A stretch of 64,000 nucleotides of DNA, from positions 5,156 through 69,155 of the forward strand of contig JAILIV010000076.1 of the NCBI GenBank assembly GCA_024695105.1. The letters are read 5' to 3'. A program made the position numbers and the translations under genes. The notes below the pieces were generated by a model. That model worked only from the letters and a program-made list of their open reading frames with translations. It did not search any database and was not told where the DNA came from. The stretch comes from Bacilli bacterium (GTDB taxonomy: Bacteria > Bacillota_I > Bacilli_A > RFN20 > CAG-826). Shown one piece after another: positions 29,477 to 37,643 of the stretch (the stretch's first letter is position 1; each line of letters opens with the position of its first letter).

Positions 29477-29565
29477 AGGTGAATTATACATGGGGGCGTT
29501 GGGGCTGGCGGTCCGACTTTGCTTTAGCAAGCGAAATGGTTTCCCGCGCGTTTTGCGCTTGCACG

Positions 29566-29594
29566 TTGCAAACGAAAAGGCGACTCACTATCAT
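29566..29594 (+). promoter_or_regulatory. sigma-70-type promoter of gmk (TTGCAA-17-TATCAT), 6 nt upstream of the ATG
   Basis: -35 TTGCAA at 29566-29571, a 17-nt spacer, and -10 TATCAT at 29589-29594. ATG is at 29601 and no SD lies in between. Confidence 0.55.
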
Positions 29595-29600
29595 TCCCAT

Positions 29601-30164
29601 ATGGGAAAAGGTTCGCTCATCATTCTCTCTGGCCCTTCTGGAGTCGGCAAAGGCACCGTCCGTAAGGCGTTGGCTGAGCTTCCGGGATTGGATTTTTATT
29701 ATTCGATTTCCATGACGACCCGCAAAGGCAGGCCTGGGGAGGTCGATGGGCGCGATTATTTCTTCGTGACGCCGGAACAATTTCAAAAGAAGATCGACGA
29801 AGGTGGTTTTTTGGAATGGGCCGAGTTCGTCGGGAACCGTTATGGAACCCCGGCCGATGTGGTCGAATCCTACCGACAAAAGGGAACCGACGTCTTATTG
29901 GAAATCGAGACCAACGGTGCGAAACAGGTCATTGAGAAATGTCCCGACGCCGTCACCATTTTCATCGTTCCGCCGAGCATGGAGGCGTTAGAACAACGCA
30001 TCCGCGGCCGTTCCACCGAAGACGAAGAGACCATTCAGGGTCGTCTCCGCAAAGCGAAAGCAGAGTTGGAACTCGCTTCGCAGTATCAACACGTCGTATT
30101 GAACGACGACTATCGTCGCGCCGCGGAAGAAATCCGCGACATCATCCTCGCCGCGAGAGGCTAG
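29601..30164 (+). CDS. gmk: guanylate kinase
   Basis: LSGPSGVGKGT P-loop, then TTRKGRPGEVDGRDYFF and LEIETNGA. Confidence 0.95.
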   Translation: MGKGSLIILSGPSGVGKGTVRKALAELPGLDFYYSISMTTRKGRPGEVDGRDYFFVTPEQFQKKIDEGGFLEWAEFVGNRYGTPADVVESYRQKGTDVLLEIETNGAKQVIEKCPDAVTIFIVPPSMEALEQRIRGRSTEDEETIQGRLRKAKAELELASQYQHVVLNDDYRRAAEEIRDIILAARG

Positions 30165-30184
30165 ATTCCGTTTTCCTCATTTGG

Positions 30185-32383
30185 ATGCAGGTACTATCGG
30201 TTCTTATCCAGCACGCTAAGACATCCTTGGATCGCCCTTTTTCTTATCTCTACGATGGCCCGATTCAGGTTCAGCCCGGATTCCGCGTCATGGTGGATTT
30301 CCATGGGCAAAAACTCATGGGCTTCGTGGAAGCGGTGGATACGACTTCCCTTTCCAAACCCGAGTTCGACCAGCTGAACGGGTTCGATACTTCTTTTGTT
30401 TCGTCCGTCGTGGATGAGGTGCCTTTGCTGAACGATGAATTGAACCAGTTATGCCAAGAAGTTTCAGAGTACTACATTGCCCCAAAGATTTCCGTTCTTC
30501 AGGCGATGCTTCCTTCTTCGCTCCGCCCTGCCGTTTCCGCGCTTAAAGGGCCTAAGATTGCCTACGAGTGGTGGGTGGAGGCCATTGATTCCAATGACGA
30601 AGGCCTGACCGATAAACAAAAGGAAGCACTTCGGCTCATTGTTCCCAATGGGGCGGTTTTGAAAAAAGAAGCGGGTAGCCCAGCCGTGCTGGAAAACCTG
30701 AAGAAAGCGGGACGCATCCGTTTCTTCAAGAAGGAGAAAGAGCGTTTCCTTGTTCCCGAATACGAAAAAGAACAGAAGCCCCGTGAATTAACCATTGGCC
30801 AAAAGGAAGCGATGAAGGCCATTCAGGAAGCCCCACAAGACGTCGTGCTTCTCCAAGGGGTTACGGGGTCTGGGAAAACCGAGGTCTACCTGCACCTAAG
30901 CGAAATCTACCTCAGCCAAGGGAAAAACATTTTAATGTTGGTCCCAGAAATCTCTTTGACACCCATTATGGTGGAGTATTTCTCTCGTCGTTTCGGAGAC
31001 AAGATCGCAATCCTCCATAGCGAACTAACGCCCGCGGAGAAATACGACGAATACCGCCGCATCGCCCGAGGCGACGCCCGCATTGTGGTCGGCGCCCGTT
31101 CGGCCGTGTTCGCCCCGTTAGAGAACATCGGTCTCATCATCTTGGACGAGGAGCACGTTGAGTCTTATAAGCAAGATAATCTTCCGTATTATCACGCCAG
31201 GGAAGTCGCCATCATGCGCGCCAAACATTTCGGCGCAAAGGTCATTTTGGGTTCGGCGACGCCATCGCTAGAAACGAAAATCCGCGCCTACAAAGGCCGT
31301 TATGGATACGCTTCTCTACCTCAGCGAATCAACGCCAAGGCTTTGCCTACGACGCGAATCATCGATTTGCGCGATCGGCGCATCATGATGCCCCGAGATA
31401 CCGTCTTTTCCCGCATCCTCCACGACGCCATCGCCTTACGTCTGCAGCGGAAGGAACAAGTGATCTTGTTGATTAACCGACGTGGGTATAGCTCGTTTGT
31501 GACCTGCGCCAGCTGCGGCCACATTTTCACCTGCCCTTCTTGCCATAGCAATTTGACATATCACCGTAACGACGAACTCCTTAAGTGCCATCATTGCGGT
31601 TTCGTCACTGCTTACCCGGAAACCTGCCCGCAATGTGGCTCCACGAAGATCCAACGTGTCGGATTCGGGACCGAGCGCATCGTGAAGGTTTTGGGTGAAT
31701 ATTTCCCGGAAGCACGCATTGGAAGACTAGACAGCGATGTGGGGAAAGTACGCAAAAACGTCCCAAAAATCTTGCAGGAATTCCGTGAATTTAAGTACGA
31801 CATCCTTGTTGGAACCCAGATGATCGCCAAAGGGCACGACTTTCCGAACGTGACCTTGGTGGGCATGGTTTTGGCGGACATCGGGCTTTCCTCGCCGACC
31901 TACCGAGCCAGCGAACGCACCTTCCAACTGATCACTCAAGCGGTGGGGAGGAGCGGACGCGGAGACAAGGTGGGGGAGGCGTTCATTCAGTCCTACAACC
32001 CGTTCCATTACGCGGTGACGCTAGGGGCCAAACAGGATTATGAGACCTTCTTTGCCCGGGAGATGCAGCAAAGGAAAATCGCTTTGATGCCCCCGTATAT
32101 GTTCTTGTTCGCCTTGAAGTTTTCCTGCAAGTCCGAGGAGCGGTGCGTGAAGGCGGCGGTGGAGTTCAAAGAGGCGATCGAAGGGGAATTCGCCCAAGAC
32201 GTCGTCTGTGTGGGACCGGTCGTGCCCTACCTTGCCATCGTCGGGGATTACCATAAGCGTTCTTTGCTGGTGAAAACGCGGAAGCATGAGCTCATTCGGC
32301 CCCGTCTTTTCGAATTGACCCGAGCCCTTTCCGGCAAAGGGGGCGTGGACATCGAATGTGATGTGGACCCTCTCGATTGTTGA
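30185..32383 (+). CDS. priA: primosomal protein N' (replication restart helicase PriA)
   Basis: Walker A GVTGSGKTEVY, DEEH box, and the zinc-finger insert CASCGHIFTCPSCHSNLTYH...CHHCG...CPQCGS. The start was moved to ATG 30185. Confidence 0.95.
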   Translation: MQVLSVLIQHAKTSLDRPFSYLYDGPIQVQPGFRVMVDFHGQKLMGFVEAVDTTSLSKPEFDQLNGFDTSFVSSVVDEVPLLNDELNQLCQEVSEYYIAPKISVLQAMLPSSLRPAVSALKGPKIAYEWWVEAIDSNDEGLTDKQKEALRLIVPNGAVLKKEAGSPAVLENLKKAGRIRFFKKEKERFLVPEYEKEQKPRELTIGQKEAMKAIQEAPQDVVLLQGVTGSGKTEVYLHLSEIYLSQGKNILMLVPEISLTPIMVEYFSRRFGDKIAILHSELTPAEKYDEYRRIARGDARIVVGARSAVFAPLENIGLIILDEEHVESYKQDNLPYYHAREVAIMRAKHFGAKVILGSATPSLETKIRAYKGRYGYASLPQRINAKALPTTRIIDLRDRRIMMPRDTVFSRILHDAIALRLQRKEQVILLINRRGYSSFVTCASCGHIFTCPSCHSNLTYHRNDELLKCHHCGFVTAYPETCPQCGSTKIQRVGFGTERIVKVLGEYFPEARIGRLDSDVGKVRKNVPKILQEFREFKYDILVGTQMIAKGHDFPNVTLVGMVLADIGLSSPTYRASERTFQLITQAVGRSGRGDKVGEAFIQSYNPFHYAVTLGAKQDYETFFAREMQQRKIALMPPYMFLFALKFSCKSEERCVKAAVEFKEAIEGEFAQDVVCVGPVVPYLAIVGDYHKRSLLVKTRKHELIRPRLFELTRALSGKGGVDIECDVDPLDC

Positions 32384-32424
32384 TGGGAGTTGTGATAAAC
32401 TATCACAGTTTTAGGAAAACCAGC

Positions 32425-32949
32425 ATGATCACAATCCAAATCCTCGGCCTCGATCAGTTCGTCGTGGGCCGCTATTCACGAGAGAATTCCGAAGGCTTGG
32501 CCTTGGCTTTTGGCCGTCCGGAGTCCGACATCTCCTTCTTCGCCCCCAACGCCATGATGTTTCATAACGGCGTGGAGCAGACGAGTTGGAACACGCTCGT
32601 CGTCGTCTTGGCGCCTTCCGGGCTCAAGGGCAAAGAAAAGGGAGTCGCGGAATACCTGACCAAGACGTTGAGCCTTTTCTCGATCAACGTCGAGGTGGTT
32701 TTCCAATATTTTGACGAATCTTCCCACTATGCTTCCGTGAATGAGGCGTATCCTCGCTTTATCACCACCGAGGAAATCCACCAGGATGAGGCCTCCCTTG
32801 AATTTGGCGACGTCCCTGAGCAGATGGATGGGGAGGAAGAAGACGAGATGGATTCCATCGAGTCGAAAGAAACCGGCGAGGTTTACCTCGGCGACGCCTT
32901 CGAAGGTTTCGAAGAGCGGTACGAGAAACTCACCAAAAAGAAAAACTGA
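32425..32949 (+). CDS. small protein with an acidic C-terminal tail, possibly DUF1904-like
   Basis: The N-terminal ~100 aa (MITIQILGLDQFVV...VEVVFQYFDE) resemble DUF1904 by eye. The C-terminal 70 aa are strongly acidic. Confidence 0.55.
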   Translation: MITIQILGLDQFVVGRYSRENSEGLALAFGRPESDISFFAPNAMMFHNGVEQTSWNTLVVVLAPSGLKGKEKGVAEYLTKTLSLFSINVEVVFQYFDESSHYASVNEAYPRFITTEEIHQDEASLEFGDVPEQMDGEEEDEMDSIESKETGEVYLGDAFEGFEERYEKLTKKKN

Positions 32950-32968
32950 CATTCGGAGGTACGATCCT

Positions 32969-34312
32969 ATGTTAAAAGAGTTTGAATTGAGCCTTGAGAT
33001 CCTCAATGACGTCTTGGATGAAAAGACGCCTTTCGCCGAGGCGCTTCGCAAACAGTTCCAAACCCATGCCGACATCCGTCCGTTGCGTGGACAAGTCGCC
33101 GGCCTCGTTGGCTGTGAGCTTCGCCATCAGATCTATTTCGACTACATGACCCGGAAACTCGAGGATTTCACGTTGTCGGAACGTCGTTTGCTGTGCCTAG
33201 TATTGGCCAATGCCTTTTATTACCGGCGCTTCGACGTGGACCAAACCCGTCATGAATTGCTCGCCGTGGTCGGCGAAGAGAAGATGGGCCGCTGCCAAGA
33301 GTTGATCGATTTGGCCTCCACCCCCGAGAACTACATCCCCGCCGACGTGGACCGCAAGAGCCCGTTATATCTTTCGCTTCGGTTCAACGTTCCCGAGTGG
33401 ACCGTCAAAATCATCGCCCATTTCGGTGGATCGGCCACGTATAACTCGCTGCGCAAATTGTCCCGTCAATTGACGACTACCTTGCGTGTCCGTACCTCGG
33501 AAGTGGCTTTGGCTCGGGTGTTCGAGAATCCTGATTACACCTCCACCCCGGTCAATGGCATCGTCTTCTACAAAGGAAACGTCCCCCTTCGCAAGATCCC
33601 CGAGTTCCAAAAGGGCCAATATTTCCCCGAGAAGATGCTCACGAAGCACATCATCGACGAAAACCTCGTCGCCGATCCGGGCGAAGTGCTGTTGTATAAC
33701 GGTAACAAGGATTCTTCCTTGGAACGCGAATTGATCGAGACCTATGGGGCTAACGTTGGGTTAAACATTGCCACCAGTGGTTCCGTCGACGAGAAGATCG
33801 AAGTCAGCAAGCTCATCAAGGCCAAGGGGTTGAAGAACGTGAACTTCTTCTCCGCCCCCGACCCTTTGAACATGGAGGCTTCCGTTTCCCGCATGGCCAA
33901 GTTGGTCCTCGTATCGCCTGAATCCACCAACTTCGACCTCATCCCGACCTCCCCGGATTACCTGCTTCATTTCGATACCCAAAAGATGGACGAGATCATC
34001 GACGGGGAAAAGAAGGCTTTGGAGGGTTGCTCCAAATACGTCGAGGAGGGCGGCAAACTCGTGTATGTCGTCTATACCATCTCCAAAAAGGAGGGCCGTC
34101 AGAACGTTTCCGAGTTCTTGAAAGCCCACCCCGAGTTCACCTTGGTCAATGACCATCAATACTTCCCTCATGAGGAACTGGAGACCGCGGCCTACGTCGC
34201 CGTCTTGCTTAAAGGGGAGAAGGAGTTGACCATTTCTACCCCGTTTGCGGAAATCTCCGCGCCCCTTCCGACCACCAGCGCCGTAACCACCCCAACCGCC
34301 ACCTCCAAATGA
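32969..34312 (+). CDS. RsmB/Sun (NOL1/NOP2)-like protein with degenerate active site
   Basis: NusB-like N-terminal domain plus an m5C-methyltransferase fold that aligns colinearly to RsmB (GGKLVYVVYTISKKEG versus GGxLVYaTCSxxxEEN). SD GGAGGT at 32955-32960. It sits in the syntenic position between priA and rlmN. Confidence 0.75.
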   Translation: MLKEFELSLEILNDVLDEKTPFAEALRKQFQTHADIRPLRGQVAGLVGCELRHQIYFDYMTRKLEDFTLSERRLLCLVLANAFYYRRFDVDQTRHELLAVVGEEKMGRCQELIDLASTPENYIPADVDRKSPLYLSLRFNVPEWTVKIIAHFGGSATYNSLRKLSRQLTTTLRVRTSEVALARVFENPDYTSTPVNGIVFYKGNVPLRKIPEFQKGQYFPEKMLTKHIIDENLVADPGEVLLYNGNKDSSLERELIETYGANVGLNIATSGSVDEKIEVSKLIKAKGLKNVNFFSAPDPLNMEASVSRMAKLVLVSPESTNFDLIPTSPDYLLHFDTQKMDEIIDGEKKALEGCSKYVEEGGKLVYVVYTISKKEGRQNVSEFLKAHPEFTLVNDHQYFPHEELETAAYVAVLLKGEKELTISTPFAEISAPLPTTSAVTTPTATSK

Positions 34313-35364
34313 AAAAGAATCTCCTAGGTTATACGTTACAGCGGATGACCGACGAGTTCGTTGCCCTCGGACAAACCAAATACAGGGCGAAGCAAGTCTT
34401 CGGTTGGCTCTACCAAAAGCGCGTCATGGATTTCTCCGCGATGACGGACGTCTCCAAAGACTTCCGTGCGGTTTTGGAACGCGACTATTCCTTGGATTTG
34501 CCTAAAATCCATACCCGCCAAGACGCCAGCGACGGAACAATCAAGCTGTTACTCGAGATGGAAGACGGGGCGAAGGTCGAGACGGTTTTGATGCCTTATA
34601 ACTATGGCGACGTAATCTGCGTCTCCAGCCAAGTCGGCTGCAACATGGGCTGCGCTTTTTGCGCTTCGGGCTTGCACCGGAAGACCCGCAACCTCACTAG
34701 CGCCGAGATGATGGGCGAATTGCTCACCATGAACGGCATCCTCGATCAGTGGGGGAGAAGGGTGACCCATATCGTCGTCATGGGGACGGGGGAACCGTTT
34801 GACAATTATGACAACGTCATGGATTTTATCCGAATCGCCAACGAGCAATTGGGTTTGGCCATCGGCGCGCGCCATATCACCGTTTCCACTTGTGGTTTGG
34901 TGGATGGGATCCGCAAATACGGCCACGAAGGCATTCAAATCAACCTGGCTATTTCCCTTCATGCGCCGAACGATGAAATCCGTAACCAAATCATGCCGAT
35001 TTCCCGTGCCTATCCGATGGATGCGTTAATGGACGCCATCAAAGATTACGAGAGCAATGCGGGACGCAGGGTGACGTTTGAATATATCCTTTTGGCGGGC
35101 TTAAACGATTCGCTCGCCCAAGCCGATGAACTCGCGGATTTGATTCACCATTATGGCGTTTTCGCCTACGTCAACCTCATTCCGTACAACGAAGTGGTGG
35201 AGAAGCCGTTCAAACGCTCTTCTCCTTCCGCCGTCAAGGCGTTCGCCGACCGCTTGATGCGTCGGGGAATTAACGCCACGGTCCGCAAGGAATTCGGGGG
35301 CGACATCGACGCTGCCTGCGGGCAGCTCCGCAGCAAAGTCGTCACGGGGGACGAAGGAAAATGA
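34309..35364 (+). CDS. rlmN: 23S rRNA/tRNA A2503/A37 C2-methyltransferase, radical SAM
   Basis: CNMGCAFCASG radical SAM motif, GTGEPF, and the C-terminal DIDAACGQL. Confidence 0.95.
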   Translation: MKKNLLGYTLQRMTDEFVALGQTKYRAKQVFGWLYQKRVMDFSAMTDVSKDFRAVLERDYSLDLPKIHTRQDASDGTIKLLLEMEDGAKVETVLMPYNYGDVICVSSQVGCNMGCAFCASGLHRKTRNLTSAEMMGELLTMNGILDQWGRRVTHIVVMGTGEPFDNYDNVMDFIRIANEQLGLAIGARHITVSTCGLVDGIRKYGHEGIQINLAISLHAPNDEIRNQIMPISRAYPMDALMDAIKDYESNAGRRVTFEYILLAGLNDSLAQADELADLIHHYGVFAYVNLIPYNEVVEKPFKRSSPSAVKAFADRLMRRGINATVRKEFGGDIDAACGQLRSKVVTGDEGK

Positions 35365-36107
35365 ACTACAAAGGGCATTTCGCTTCGAAAACCGACCGGG
35401 GACGGGTCCGCATCACCAACGAGGATCAAGCGTTCGTCGTCACCAATTTCCATGGGGAGGTTTTGATGGTCGTATGCGATGGCATGGGTGGCCAAAACAA
35501 AGGCGACTACGCTTCCAAAATGGCGTTGGATTACATCGTGGAACGGTTCCAAACCAAACGCAGGGGTCCCGTGTTTCTTTCCAAATCGTGGCTGCGTCGC
35601 ACCATTCGCGAAGCCAACGCGATGATTTACGACGAAGCCCAAAGCAAACCGATTTACGCCGATATGGGCACCACGTGCGTCGCCGTTTTGATTCAAGGTA
35701 ATCATCTCATCGTGGCCAATAGCGGGGACTCCCGTGCCTATACCTACGACGAACGGGGTTTGGTTCGTCTCACCCAAGACCAGACTTACGTCGATTTCCT
35801 TTATCGTTCGGGGCAAATCGCCGAGCGGGAACGGGATTCTTCCCCCGACCGTCACATCCTCATGAATGCCTTGGGCATTTATCCTTCCGCCAATCTGGAT
35901 ATTAAGGTGCATCCCTACTGCGGGGAAACTGTTTTGCTATGCTCGGATGGCTTGTACAACAACGTATCCGAACCGGAGATCCGCGCCGTGCTTTCTACCG
36001 ATGAACGCGTGGATTTGAAAGTGTCCTCGCTTATCGCGGAAGCCAATGCCAACGGTGGATCCGACAATGTGGGCATCGCGTTATGGGAGGCGTCGCGCAA
36101 TGATTAA
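35361..36107 (+). CDS. prpC: PP2C-family Ser/Thr protein phosphatase
   Basis: Motifs NEDQAFV, VCDGMGGQ, NSGDSRAY, LLCSDGL, GGSDN. Confidence 0.9.
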   Translation: MNYKGHFASKTDRGRVRITNEDQAFVVTNFHGEVLMVVCDGMGGQNKGDYASKMALDYIVERFQTKRRGPVFLSKSWLRRTIREANAMIYDEAQSKPIYADMGTTCVAVLIQGNHLIVANSGDSRAYTYDERGLVRLTQDQTYVDFLYRSGQIAERERDSSPDRHILMNALGIYPSANLDIKVHPYCGETVLLCSDGLYNNVSEPEIRAVLSTDERVDLKVSSLIAEANANGGSDNVGIALWEASRND

Positions 36108-36972
36108 AATCGGCGATAAGATCGACGACCGTTATCGCATTGTCTCCCGCATCGCCACTGGGGGCATGGCGGACGTTTACGAGGCCAATGACCTCATTTC
36201 GAAGCGCATCGTTTCCTTAAAGGTAATGAAGGAAGAATTGATGGCCAATCCCGACAACGTGGCGCGCTTTAACAACGAAACCGCCGCCGCGGCCAGCTTG
36301 AACCATCCGAATGTCGTCCGCGTTTATGGCAAAGGCGTGGTGGAAGGCCGTCCTTATATGGCCAATGAGTTCATCCGTGGTCAGACCTTGCGCGACAAAT
36401 TGAATTTCTCCGGCGCGTTGCCTTTGTTTGAAACCTGCGAAGTCATGCTTCAATTGACCGCTGGTGTGGATTATATCCATCGGCATGGCATCGTCCATCG
36501 CGACTTAAAGCCCGACAACCTCTTTTATATGTCCGATGGGACGTTGAAGATTTCCGACTTTGGCATCGCCGCCCCCATTGGGACGGGGAACGAAGGGGAT
36601 TCGATTCAGGGGACGATTTACTATTGCGCCCCGGAGATGATCATGGGCGCGCCCGTGGCTATTGCCAACGACATCTATTCCATGGGCGTCATCTTTTTTG
36701 AACTATTGACCGGAAACGTTCCGTTTGATGGGCAAAGCGTGGAGGACGTGGCCATGAAAGTCATGCGCAAACGGTTCCCCGAAGCCTCGAAAGTCGTGCC
36801 TTCGGTACCTCGATCCATCGACCGCATCATCATCCAAGCCTGCCGCAAGCGTCCTGAAGAGCGTTACCTCACCGCGATGGAAATGAACCAAGCCATCGTG
36901 AAGACGACTTCGGACACGGGTTCGTTCAAGGAGAGAAAGGGGCTGCTCCGCCGCCTCTTTGGGTTCAAATGA
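36100..36972 (+). CDS. prkC: Hanks-type Ser/Thr protein kinase, catalytic domain only (no TM or PASTA)
   Basis: Motifs GGMADVYEA, VSLKV, HRDLKPDN, DFG, APE. The protein ends about 20 aa after the kinase domain. Confidence 0.9.
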   Translation: MIKIGDKIDDRYRIVSRIATGGMADVYEANDLISKRIVSLKVMKEELMANPDNVARFNNETAAAASLNHPNVVRVYGKGVVEGRPYMANEFIRGQTLRDKLNFSGALPLFETCEVMLQLTAGVDYIHRHGIVHRDLKPDNLFYMSDGTLKISDFGIAAPIGTGNEGDSIQGTIYYCAPEMIMGAPVAIANDIYSMGVIFFELLTGNVPFDGQSVEDVAMKVMRKRFPEASKVVPSVPRSIDRIIIQACRKRPEERYLTAMEMNQAIVKTTSDTGSFKERKGLLRRLFGFK

Positions 36973-37643
36973 GGGAATTGATCGTCGCCCCATCCATCCT
37001 CTCCGCCGACTTTTCGTGCATCGAAGCGGAAGTCGAAAAGATTTCAAGGACGCCTTCTCGGTTTATCCATTTGGACGTCATGGATGGCAAATTCGTCCCG
37101 AATACGACGTTTGGGCCCGAGCTTGTGAAACGTATTGCCCCATATTGCGGGAGTATGGTGAAAGATACGCATTTGATGGTGGCGAATCCCCATGAGATGG
37201 TAGAGGATTTCATCGCCGCCGGCAGCGACCTGATTACGTTCCACTACGAGAGTTATAACGACGATGAAGCTCGGCTTTCTTGCATCCGCCATATCAAAAA
37301 GGCGGGCGCGAAAGTGGGGATGTCGATCAAACCGAATACCGCTCCCGAAGTCCTTTTGCCTTTTTTCAAAGAGCTGGACTTGGTGCTTATTATGTCGGTT
37401 GAGCCAGGGAAAGGCGGACAGAAATTCATGGAGAATTCCCTGCAAAAAATCGCTTTTTGCAGAAAAAACATCGATGAACTAGGCAAAGATATTTACCTCG
37501 AAGTCGATGGGGGAATCAACCAAGAAACCGCGAAGCTCGTCGTTGAGGCGGGTGCCGACGTCTTGGTCGCGGGCAGTTATATCTTTGGCCACGGTGACTA
37601 TCAGCTGCGCATTCAGGGGATGCTGGACCTATGGGCGGCATGA
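36969..37643 (+). CDS. rpe: ribulose-phosphate 3-epimerase
   Basis: Motifs PSILSADF, HLDVMDGKFVPN, MSVEPGKGGQKF, VDGGIN. Confidence 0.95.
   Translation: MRELIVAPSILSADFSCIEAEVEKISRTPSRFIHLDVMDGKFVPNTTFGPELVKRIAPYCGSMVKDTHLMVANPHEMVEDFIAAGSDLITFHYESYNDDEARLSCIRHIKKAGAKVGMSIKPNTAPEVLLPFFKELDLVLIMSVEPGKGGQKFMENSLQKIAFCRKNIDELGKDIYLEVDGGINQETAKLVVEAGADVLVAGSYIFGHGDYQLRIQGMLDLWAA

Noticed and set aside
29939-30184. The long N-terminal extension of priA in the ORF track (an 814-aa version overlapping gmk). Similar Arg-rich extensions occur in the ORF-track versions of yigZ (4418), the 268-aa ORF (7899), the rsmB-like gene (32741), prkC (36046), tyrS (53063) and the kinase-like gene (28268).
   Set aside because: The extensions overlap the 3' ends of upstream genes in another frame and are Arg/Pro/His-rich nonsense. 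Internal ATGs reproduce canonical N-termini, often with an SD or an ATGA overlap.
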